Below are positions 24,684 to 34,100 of a stretch of DNA of 63,005 nucleotides, piece by piece. The stretch lies in assembly GCA_964509285.1 (NCBI GenBank), contig CAZDWQ010000001.1:1-63005 (forward strand), given 5' to 3'. The notes under the pieces were generated by a model, which was given only the letters and a program-made list of their open reading frames with translations, did not search any database and had not been told where the DNA came from. The first letter of the stretch is position 1, and the number at the start of each line of letters is the position of its first letter. A program made the translations under genes and the position numbers. The DNA is from an uncultured Pseudomonadales bacterium. Lineage in GTDB: Bacteria > Patescibacteriota > Microgenomatia > UBA1400 > PJMF01.

Positions 24684-27600
24684 GTGCGCAAGATACTATT
24701 TAAACTGCTATTCATACAGATTTTGTTTTTTTTTGTTATTGTAATCCAAATCATTGACCCAACTGTTGTCTTTGCAGCATGTGGCGCAGGCCAGATAGAT
24801 ATGCTTGAATATATGGGTCCTGAAAACGCTACTAGTTTTGAGCTTAGGTATTGTGGACCAAATGGAGAAGGTAGTGAACAAATTTTAGTTGAACGCGGAA
24901 TAGTCTACACAGAAGAAGGTGAAAAAAATGGTTTTTTCATTAATAAAGGTGGAAACTACGAGGCCTACTTCTTTGATGATTCATTCATATATTTTTACGA
25001 AGACATCTCATGGGATGAACAATGTAATGGTCAAGAAGCCTTTTATAGAGTGTTTACTCCTGGTGAAGGCGTTGGAGGAAAAATTCCTCGATGTATATCT
25101 CCTGGCGAATCTTTTTCTTCAAATCAACAGATAAAAGCATACTATGAAGCTGATTATCTACAATATACAAAAACAAACGCTCCTCCAACAGGAAATATTT
25201 GTTCAGATTCTTTTCCAGCTAATGTTGTTACTGCAACAGTTGTGTATGCAAATGAAACTCAAGGAGGTCCAGTTATTCCTGGCACAAACACAACAGATAC
25301 CATCGCTATGACAAATGTAAGTGGTGCTGGTGTTGGAGAAATAAAATACTATACAAAAGGCTATGGTCTCACAGGGTTTCAAGCATCAAATTCTTCTGGA
25401 ATTTATTTTGAAAGCCTATTTTATAAAGATGGTCTGAGTACTTCAGAGCCAGTCCTTTCCTGCTCTAGTCAAGATGGAACTTATGATATGAGTATTTACC
25501 CAGACTATGAAGTTGATGAAACAAAATTCTACTTATCTCCTATCAGAAATGTAATTAATCAAGGCTCTTTACAAAGAACAGTCGAAAAATTAAGAAAAGA
25601 ATTAGCAATGCAAGGGTATCAAGCATATTGTGCTACAGAAGGTGTAAAAATTGAACCAGAATATAATACAAAAGAAAAAATAGAGACATACCTTGAACAA
25701 TATAATATCCCAAAAATCCTAGAAATGGATGCTATTGAAATACTCAATATGACAAACGCACAGTATCCCCTTTGGCGTGATGTAAGTAATAAGCAGTTTT
25801 TATTAGCTTCACTTGAAGAATATTTTGGTTTTCGCGATGTCTATATTGGTAGTCCATCCGATGCTGTTCTAACAAGTTCACCTATAAATTCACTACTCTC
25901 TGAACCGCAACTCTGTGTTCAAGGTTGGAGAAACTTGGTAGCCCAACAACTAGCTTGTGAAAGACTAAAAAATCCAGGAGAATGCGAACTCTTAACAAGA
26001 AAAATTCCTAAATTGGCATTTTCGTCAGATCTCTCCGAGAGTTCTGGACCAGAATACACAGTGAGCACACTTCTTGATGAATTAGCTGAATATGAACCAA
26101 ACTATCGAGACGGTACTGCTGTGAGTGGTTGTAAAAAATTAACAACTCAAGATAGGGCGGCTAATGAAGATCTATTACAAGGATTGATGAACACCCCAAC
26201 ATACTTTGATCGCGCATATAGATATGGTTTCATTGTTGCAGTTATACATGCAAAATCCCCAGGAACCGAAAGCGGTAATGTAGCAACAAAAATTTTCAAC
26301 TTCTTCACAAAAACAACTCGAAATCTTGTTCCAGATGATGAAGTTTTAGTGGCTGCTTTCAAACTACCAGACATTGCAACAAATAAAGGAGGAGGCGATG
26401 ATACCGGCTCACAATTTTGGTCTGATCCTCTGGATTTAACGCGAAAATTACTATTCACGAATGAACAAAATATCACTCATGAAGATGTTGATAGACCAAA
26501 TAAACGACAGAATACTCTAGATCAAGCTATTGCAGCCGCAGTTCAAGGACCAGAAAGTAAGATTTATTGTTATGAAGGGGCCTTTCCATATGGAATTGGC
26601 ACAAAATCTTGTCAAAATGAACTTACCAAAGCATTAACTGATATTATAAATGGTAATGTCGAGGGTTGTGGCGAGGCTGAGGTTGTACAAGTTATTAAAG
26701 ACTTGGCTGGATTAGATAATCCAGCAGAAAAATATGGGAAGGTTTTTAATAACGATAATGGCCAACAAGTAATGCTCAATCTCTTTTTGAATGATTTAAC
26801 CCACCCGCCTTTGGGTGTTAACGGACAAACAAATCCGCAAATTGCTAAAACTGATGATCCTGCAGAAAAGCTCAAGTCTCTTTTTACAATCTCTGAAGAT
26901 ACCTGGCCACCAATAGTAGATTCAACCACTGTTGACTTCTATATTGTATATCCGATTGGTTTTGAATTAAACGCAGTAGAAACAGCAATGAAAAGTGCAT
27001 TTTTTTCTAAAGCCCAACTCGCCGCCCTTGAAGCTGATAATAATATCGACAATTTTGAAATGACAGATCACGAAATTGGACTTGCTGCTGGATCAGTTGG
27101 TTTTGATTATATTGACAAAGAAAAAACCGCAAATGGTGAGTGTGGCACTGAAATTACAGCTTCTGGCGCCGTTGTCAACAAGCCATGTGTTGAAAATGTT
27201 TCTATTAGTGTCAATCAGGAACATACTGAAATTGGTGTAATGGGAGCAAAACTTGGGTATTGGATGAGAAAAATTCAGTTGCAATTAAACGCGCGTGCGT
27301 CTGATGCCTGGGCATACTTTGATTCTTGTAAAACGACAGAAGAGTTTTTACTCGGTAAGTGTGAAGGTGGAGGAATTGTTGCCGATGGCGGTGGAGGCGG
27401 AGGTGGGAACGGTGGACCAAATCCTGGGAATGGGCCTGGACTATCCTGTGAAGATCTCAGAGCGCTGACTGTAAACCTTCCAACAATGAGCGAACTTGAA
27501 AATATGGTTTGTCAAATTGCAAACGGTGATTCTAATGATGCTCAATTAGTCTGGGGTATGTTACAGGTTGATGGAAGTCCATTTTTGAGAACTATCCGCT

Positions 27601-28040
27601 CTGGAGCATCAAGCATGAGCTGTGGAGATATTCTAATAAATAGCTGTGGCGCCTCACAAATCGTTGGCGTTTTAATTCCACAATGTATTGATAAAGATGC
27701 TTGTCCACAAGCAGCATATATCGCTGACAACACCTCTGACCCTTGGGTACAAGAGGCTCGTAATAATCCTGATGTAGCCTGTGATATTGAAACTCAACTT
27801 GATTTCATCCTAAGAAAAAGAAAATCAGAAAAATCGTATCTTATTGGGCAATATGAAGCTGCACATGGCGTCTCTCCATCAACGCAACAACTATATTATA
27901 TGATGGCTGCTAGAAATTATGGACTAAGTTCAGATATTTTCACTAAACCAGCTTGCCAAGGAGCACCTGCAGTACAAGGTTGTGGTGGAGCTAATTATTG
28001 TGAATGTGTCATGGATACATTCCAATTCAGTTGCAATTAA
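24684..28040 (+). CDS. 1118-aa exported protein of unknown function, possible lipoprotein, with a poly-Gly linker and Cys-rich C-terminal domain
   Basis: GTG start. N-terminal hydrophobic segment ending VVFAAC (lipobox-like). GGGIVADGGGGGGGNGGPNPGNGPG encoded at 27364-27440. Many Cys in the last 200 aa. No family recognised. Confidence 0.55.
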   Translation: MRKILFKLLFIQILFFFVIVIQIIDPTVVFAACGAGQIDMLEYMGPENATSFELRYCGPNGEGSEQILVERGIVYTEEGEKNGFFINKGGNYEAYFFDDSFIYFYEDISWDEQCNGQEAFYRVFTPGEGVGGKIPRCISPGESFSSNQQIKAYYEADYLQYTKTNAPPTGNICSDSFPANVVTATVVYANETQGGPVIPGTNTTDTIAMTNVSGAGVGEIKYYTKGYGLTGFQASNSSGIYFESLFYKDGLSTSEPVLSCSSQDGTYDMSIYPDYEVDETKFYLSPIRNVINQGSLQRTVEKLRKELAMQGYQAYCATEGVKIEPEYNTKEKIETYLEQYNIPKILEMDAIEILNMTNAQYPLWRDVSNKQFLLASLEEYFGFRDVYIGSPSDAVLTSSPINSLLSEPQLCVQGWRNLVAQQLACERLKNPGECELLTRKIPKLAFSSDLSESSGPEYTVSTLLDELAEYEPNYRDGTAVSGCKKLTTQDRAANEDLLQGLMNTPTYFDRAYRYGFIVAVIHAKSPGTESGNVATKIFNFFTKTTRNLVPDDEVLVAAFKLPDIATNKGGGDDTGSQFWSDPLDLTRKLLFTNEQNITHEDVDRPNKRQNTLDQAIAAAVQGPESKIYCYEGAFPYGIGTKSCQNELTKALTDIINGNVEGCGEAEVVQVIKDLAGLDNPAEKYGKVFNNDNGQQVMLNLFLNDLTHPPLGVNGQTNPQIAKTDDPAEKLKSLFTISEDTWPPIVDSTTVDFYIVYPIGFELNAVETAMKSAFFSKAQLAALEADNNIDNFEMTDHEIGLAAGSVGFDYIDKEKTANGECGTEITASGAVVNKPCVENVSISVNQEHTEIGVMGAKLGYWMRKIQLQLNARASDAWAYFDSCKTTEEFLLGKCEGGGIVADGGGGGGGNGGPNPGNGPGLSCEDLRALTVNLPTMSELENMVCQIANGDSNDAQLVWGMLQVDGSPFLRTIRSGASSMSCGDILINSCGASQIVGVLIPQCIDKDACPQAAYIADNTSDPWVQEARNNPDVACDIETQLDFILRKRKSEKSYLIGQYEAAHGVSPSTQQLYYMMAARNYGLSSDIFTKPACQGAPAVQGCGGANYCECVMDTFQFSCN

Positions 28041-28067
28041 CTTTAAGACCTAGTTAAAAGAAAAAAA

Positions 28068-29114
28068 TTATGCTGCTGAAGGATCAAATCCTGAAGGAGT
28101 ATGTTTTAAATTACCTGGTTTTGGTTTATTTTGATTTTGGAAACTCTGCTCCGCCTCAACTGGTTGCTGAATAGGTGCAATTTTTGATTTATTTCTACTC
28201 CCTCTTGGTCTACCTCGACCTCGCTGTGGCTTTTCTGTTTGTTGCAGTAGTGTTTCTGCAACTTCTGGCTGATCTACTGGTTCTTCAATTAAAAGAACTT
28301 CGTCTTCACTACTTTGGCTATATATTTCTTGCTCGTTTTCATCTTTTTGCTGTGCTAAATCATCATTTTGAGCTTCGCGGGCAAACCTACGAGCACCACT
28401 CCTTAACAAGAATGAAACAACCTCAAAGGTATCTGCTGTTGCCAAGTATGATTTCAAATTATCTGTCTCTTCATCTATTCCTGCTAATAAGTTTGTTGCT
28501 ACTTCACTATCCAAAGTATAGTTGAGATCTCTGAGGAAAACCGCGACATATTCACTTACGCAAGAACTTCCTAAAATATCAAGTTTTAGGTTTCCAAATG
28601 AAGTTTCATAGGAATTAATACTTACCAGAGTAGTGTTCTGATATAAGTTTTCATAACCAAGATATAGATTGTCTAATGACTCAAGATCATCGACACCGAC
28701 CAAAATTACCATGTCTGCTTCAACGCCAGTGTATGAAAAAACAACATCTTCTTTTGAAAGTGGGCGAATACCTTTTTTGGGCCGAATTGTAAGGTGCAAC
28801 TTTTGAGCACTTTCATCAACTGCAGAAGTAATTTTTTCTACTGCCTCTGGAGAATACTGAAACGTAATACAAAGGTTTCTGTTACCAATATCGGTTTTTG
28901 TTTCATCTAGGTAAACAATATCTTGCTCTACATTGAATAAGTTTTCGCTAGATAGCAAAGATACGTCCTTATTACCTAACTGTTGAAATGTTTTATAGAT
29001 TGCTGTGGCGGCAAATAAATGATCACGCAAAGCATCTGGTGCATAAATGATAAGCACCGACTCCGCTTGAGAAAACAACTCTTTAAATAATGATATTTTG
29101 TGTTGATCAATCAT
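28068..29114 (-). CDS. Hypothetical protein: degenerate DHH/NrnA-like N-terminal region plus acidic-then-basic tail with an AT-hook-like RGRGRPRGS
   Basis: VLIIYAPDALRDHLFAATAIYKTF sits where DHH proteins carry HxxPDGDxxGS, so the catalytic residues are lost. Start preferred at the ATG at 29114 (MIDQHK). Confidence 0.35.
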   Translation of the reverse strand: MIDQHKISLFKELFSQAESVLIIYAPDALRDHLFAATAIYKTFQQLGNKDVSLLSSENLFNVEQDIVYLDETKTDIGNRNLCITFQYSPEAVEKITSAVDESAQKLHLTIRPKKGIRPLSKEDVVFSYTGVEADMVILVGVDDLESLDNLYLGYENLYQNTTLVSINSYETSFGNLKLDILGSSCVSEYVAVFLRDLNYTLDSEVATNLLAGIDEETDNLKSYLATADTFEVVSFLLRSGARRFAREAQNDDLAQQKDENEQEIYSQSSEDEVLLIEEPVDQPEVAETLLQQTEKPQRGRGRPRGSRNKSKIAPIQQPVEAEQSFQNQNKPKPGNLKHTPSGFDPSAA

Positions 29115-29280
29115 ACTATCTATATAGATCATATTATATACTATATAGTACAATATATACACGGTTGCAAATATATTTTCAACCCTACTTTTGTTCCCCC
29201 CGCTAGAACTTTTACTAAAAAACTCCTTTTATCAGGCTTAAAAAGCGCACAATTCCTTCTGGTGTAAATATAAAGAATTT

Positions 29281-29289
29281 TGATATAAT
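29281..29289 (+). promoter_or_regulatory. Extended -10 promoter (TGaTATAAT) 11 nt upstream of the VirB6-like gene ATG
   Basis: tgatataat at 29281-29289; ATG at 29301; the intervening agactttgaat lacks a Shine-Dalgarno sequence. Confidence 0.5.
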
Positions 29290-29300
29290 AGACTTTGAAT

Positions 29301-30905
29301 ATGGCAAAAAAAACCCTTGCAGTGTTGCTTGTTTTATTTTCATTATTGGTAATCACTACTAAGATTTCTTATGCACAAGGAAACGTCTGGAGTCCTTCTG
29401 AAGACGCAAAAGGTTTTGAGAGTTACCGTGCTGCAATTGATGATGATGGTTGTATGACCCCTTCTCTAGAATGTCTAGTCCATCAAGTCTTTAGATTTAC
29501 TTCTCTTGAATTTGTGAACTCAACCCTATACACAGAATTTAAACCAACTATTACTAGTGCCGATCCAGAAGGTGGCCAAAAAGTCGCAAAAGGTAGTGGC
29601 GTTCTGAATGGAGTCGGAACCCTTATCGGCCAAATGTACTCTCACCCAGCTGCAAATACCAGCGTTTATATTGCAGATTTAATGGAATCAGCACACATAA
29701 CTCCTAAGGTATATGCGCAAGGTCTTGGTTTTGCATCTTTAAATCCAATCTTGGAGCTTTGGAAAGCATTTAGAAACATTGCCTATATGTTCTTTGTGAT
29801 CATGTTCATTATTATTGGTTTTATGATTATGTTTAGACAGCGTGTTGGTGGCCAAGCAGCAATCACTGCACAACAAGCAATCCCAAGCGTGATTGTTAGT
29901 TTAATCCTCGTTACCTTTTCATATGCTATTGCCGGTTTTATGATCGATTTAATGTATGTGATTATGTTCTTGATTATTGGAATTTTTGGTCAAACATTGC
30001 CAACCGGTAGTGAAAATTTAATTGACATGACCATTTTGCAAGTTGCCGGAGCAATGTTTAAGAGTGCGGCAAACCCAGCGGCAAATGCAGATTTAGTCAG
30101 CAACCTCTTTGGAAGTTTGATTGTTAACGAAGGGATTAACTCGTTTCTCTCTATCGCAGGTGGATTAACTTTAAGTATAGTCTTAGCTATCGCAATCTTG
30201 ATTGGAACTATCAAGCTGTTTTTCGAACTACTAAAATCATATGCGAGTGTCGTGTTAAGTGTCGTTACTTCTCCACTTGTTTTAATGATGGGAGCAATTC
30301 CAGGTAAGAACCCTGTTGTGCCTTGGTTAAAAGATTTGATTGGCAACTTATTACCATTCCCAGTCGTGTTATTAGTCTTAGTCATTTTCTATCAATTTTC
30401 TAACTTAACTGGATCTGGCAATGAGGGTGGATTTATTCCACCATTTCTTATTGCTCGAGGTCAATCAGGTGCTATTGCAAGTTTAATGGGACTTGCTCTC
30501 ATTTTGGCACTACCGGAAATTGTTAAAGACGCTAAGAAAGGACTCGTGAAAGAAGGATTTGGCAGTATGGTATTTAAAGCCGCCACAGAATCTGCGAAAC
30601 AAGGTTGGAAGGGTGGCGAACTTATTCCTGGAACTGGTATTAAAACTCCAGGTGCAAGGCAAGTTATTGAAACCCCATTGTTTGGTACTAAAGAATCTAG
30701 AAAAGATGCTGAAGGACGTCAAGATTCTGCAAGATTCTGGAAACGTGGACTTGCCGGTGGAACATATGAAAGAAGTCTCGAATACTGGAGAAACAGACAA
30801 AAAAGAAAAACTGCTCGAAAACCAATCGCCCCAACAACAACACCTTCTTCTGGTCCAACAAGTGGCGAAGCTCAAGGTGGAGCTCAAGGTGGCCAAAGAA
30901 ACTAG
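29301..30905 (+). CDS. VirB6/TrbL-like polytopic membrane protein
   Basis: Signal peptide, an extracytoplasmic segment of about 130 aa, at least 6 TM helices, and a basic disordered tail. The call rests on topology and context; no diagnostic motif. Confidence 0.55.
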   Translation: MAKKTLAVLLVLFSLLVITTKISYAQGNVWSPSEDAKGFESYRAAIDDDGCMTPSLECLVHQVFRFTSLEFVNSTLYTEFKPTITSADPEGGQKVAKGSGVLNGVGTLIGQMYSHPAANTSVYIADLMESAHITPKVYAQGLGFASLNPILELWKAFRNIAYMFFVIMFIIIGFMIMFRQRVGGQAAITAQQAIPSVIVSLILVTFSYAIAGFMIDLMYVIMFLIIGIFGQTLPTGSENLIDMTILQVAGAMFKSAANPAANADLVSNLFGSLIVNEGINSFLSIAGGLTLSIVLAIAILIGTIKLFFELLKSYASVVLSVVTSPLVLMMGAIPGKNPVVPWLKDLIGNLLPFPVVLLVLVIFYQFSNLTGSGNEGGFIPPFLIARGQSGAIASLMGLALILALPEIVKDAKKGLVKEGFGSMVFKAATESAKQGWKGGELIPGTGIKTPGARQVIETPLFGTKESRKDAEGRQDSARFWKRGLAGGTYERSLEYWRNRQKRKTARKPIAPTTTPSSGPTSGEAQGGAQGGQRN

Positions 30906-31127
30906 AACTATATACACTCATAATTTTCTGATATCATTTATGCATGTCATACCCAACACAAATTTTGCATAAATTAATTAATATCATTAAACCTCAAAAA
31001 AAAATTGAGACAAATGTACCAACTTCTTCTAACAGTACAGAAACTCCTCCACAAAAAATACAATATGAACTTGGGGGACCGGCTATTGAGCCGCACCAGG
31101 GCGGGATTGGTCCAATCAAACTATAGT

Positions 31128-34100
31128 CTAGCTTTTCTTAGTGTCGGAAGATTTTTTAACTAACTCTTTATATCCACTACCCTCAAAGTAGTGCAGATCT
31201 ACAAGAATTTGTTGTGTTGAACCAATAATACCTTTTCTTTTCATCATGTCAAAAACGTCTGCTGAAGAACATAGATTTGTAGGACGTTCGTTACCGACGG
31301 CAAATTTTTCACTACCAAAATACTTAATCATAGCATCAACGTAATGTACAAAAATCTGCCTATCAACAAAGTTCATTGGTTTAGCGCCAGAGATTGTATC
31401 AAGCTTATTCATAAGCATTTCTCTTCTACCATAGTTTGTTTCTAATGGCATCTGGTCACTCAAATCTATATCAAAAGCATATTGATCTAAGTAGGCATCA
31501 ACTGCAGCCCAAAAAAGACCCACTATTATCTCATTCTCAGCGCGTTTTTTCTTTGTTTTAGCAAACCTTACATCACGCTCATAGTTGGCATAAACCTGAG
31601 ATTCTTTCTGTTTCTCTATCTGTTCTTCCAACTCTTTAATCTTTGCCTCTATACCTCTTCTAGCTTGAGGATCATTCTCATCTTCAATTTGACCACCAAG
31701 TTTATCAATCTGTTCTTCAATAGCAGAAATTAACTTCTTTACTTTTTTAAACTCTACGCTTGAAGCACCAGAATTATACAACTCCCCAACTCTTAGTATC
31801 TCTGCATCACCTTGCAACTGCTGGTCAATCGCTCTTCTTAAATAGTCAGGCACAGGTGTTTTTATTGCATCACCAAAGGACTTAACCGACTCAGCGTCAG
31901 TGGTCTTCGAATATAGCTTAATTGTTGCCTCTATATTCTTGCTTTTTTCTCGAAACATTTCGAGCAATATCAATACATCTGGGCTTTTACCAATTAAATA
32001 CTTTGCCGCATACTGAACAACATCTGGAAAACCCAAACCTGCTGGATTAGCTTCTTTTTTGCTTTCATCCGATTCACTAACAAGTTCATATTCAGGAATT
32101 GTAGCAACTTCAATTAATTGTCGTAAGTGTTTGTCCAATATTGAACCAAGCTGAGCAGTATTTTCAGCTGTATCAGGATTTTCTTCTTTCTTTTGTCTTC
32201 TAAAGAAATCTTGAACTATGCTAAGAATACCTCCTTTTGGCTTTTCATTTTCAATATCTTCGTCTGGAGCAAAACCCTTTTTTATATTTAATAAATTGAT
32301 AGCTCTTTTAATAAGCCAAGATCTACCATCAAATATCTCTTGAGAAAATGTGGGAGGAATTGCAATTGCTTTATCCTGAACATCCTTAGAGTGTATTGAT
32401 GCAAAAATTGCTTTTTCGTCATTGAGCTCTGCCATCTCATACCATCTTTTTGCTTCACCTGCATAACCGACAAAATTTTGGTTGTTATTTTTTGGGAAAC
32501 TAGTCCAGTCAACAAAATCGTTTGACATACTTAGTTGGCAATTTCTTATATCTTGTATTGGAATTTGGGTAGCAACTAATCTTCCCTTTCCATTTCTTCG
32601 TATTCTCTGTATAGGAATTGCTATTGGTAACCGTTCTGAATCAACCTTAAGACAGGTATGCTCTGGTTTAATTTTTACAACCATATATCTATTATTTACT
32701 GCATAATCAGCAGCCGTTCTCATAACCACATCATTTCTTGCATCTTGACTATATCCAGATGGCAAACTATCCAGACTTGACTTAATTAAAGCTGTTAATC
32801 GCTGTAGTTCTGTAAAACGCTCATATTTTAGTAAAATATTCTGTAAATCTTTTAATCTATCTAAATCTTTTCTTCTCTCTTGTTTTCCAAATGGAGTCAA
32901 CTTTTCATTTACTGTTTGATAGTTCTTTAACTTAACAACCTTAATCATTAGGTCTGCTGTTTCCCTCTGTAAATCAACTATTTTATTTGGAGTTAAATGA
33001 TATTGCGCTAATTCTTGCTGTAAAGCATCCCGCCTCTGGATTAGTCCAACTTTTTTCTTATCTTTTGACTTTGAGCTATCATAATCTTCCTCCGCAAATA
33101 TAGCTGTAAAGGCGTCTATTGATTTGAGTTTCAAATCAAGTAACCACCTACCATATATTGCGTCACGAGTTGCAAAATTAAGGTTGACCTTATTAAAAAT
33201 ATCATTTCCATCAACATCAGTTAGATATATTGAGAGTCTCGTAAAAGTTTCCATAGGCATAAAAGCCTTTTCAACCTGAGCAGCCATATTTGGCCTCCAT
33301 CTCACACCAGAAACGGCTGTCGCAAAAACTTTTCTATAATATGTCTTTACCATAAATCTCGATAACTTAACATGAATTGCGCCTTCATCAAACTCATGTA
33401 ATTTTAGAGAATGCACAATTGTCCAAACAGCCTTCATCTTTGCTAAATTAATTAACCCGTTATCTCTTCTCAATATTCTCTCCGCTTCTGCTTTTCCTTG
33501 AGGTGTATTTCCACACCTATCCTTAATCATCTGAACTAGTTTTTTATGTATAAACCCATCAGCTGACAATGCTTCTTTAAGTTTTCTATGACGTTCAACA
33601 CTGTTATAGTTAAAATCATTAAAAAATTGTTCTATCTGATAAATAAAGAAAGTCTCATATTGTGGAGTCTGCCAACTTTTTTCTTCTCTACCAAACGTCT
33701 CAGCAAAAAGAAATTCTCCATCTTTTGCACCATTATCCGCTTTGCCCCTATGGTTAATGTGACAATAAGGACCTTGATCCCAACCTTGGTTTCCACCACC
33801 ACTACCCTTACTTGCTATATGTTTAAAGATATCATCCTTATAAGAACCGTGTTCATTACCTCTCCAAAGCTTTTCAACACCAGAAGCTGCATTCAAGGAA
33901 TTTTGAATTGCAAGAATCCTATATTTCCATAGATCAATGACATATTTTCTAAACTCAACTATATTCTCAGGAGTAGCATTTTCACTACTAAGTAGACGCT
34001 CCCAAGGGAAAGACTCAATAAAAAACTGAAACGATCCAAGTTCGTGAGCTCCGTCCTTTGGAACATTGAACATTTTGTCACTCGACCAAATATCTAATGA

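Noticed and set aside
27540-27700. Calling the C-terminal domain of the 1118-aa protein a lytic transglycosylase.
   Set aside because: There is only a vague resemblance (MLQVDGS / GASQIVG) with no clear catalytic Glu-Ser motif. It stays an open question in the findings rather than an annotation.
30944-31126. 60-aa ORF and a GC-rich segment (ggacc...ggtcc, 31076-31113) in the convergent spacer between the VirB6-like gene and the 1505-aa gene.
   Set aside because: The ORF product is low-complexity and has no start signals. The short GC stems are more simply read as weak bidirectional termination structures. There is too little evidence to call a gene or an RNA.
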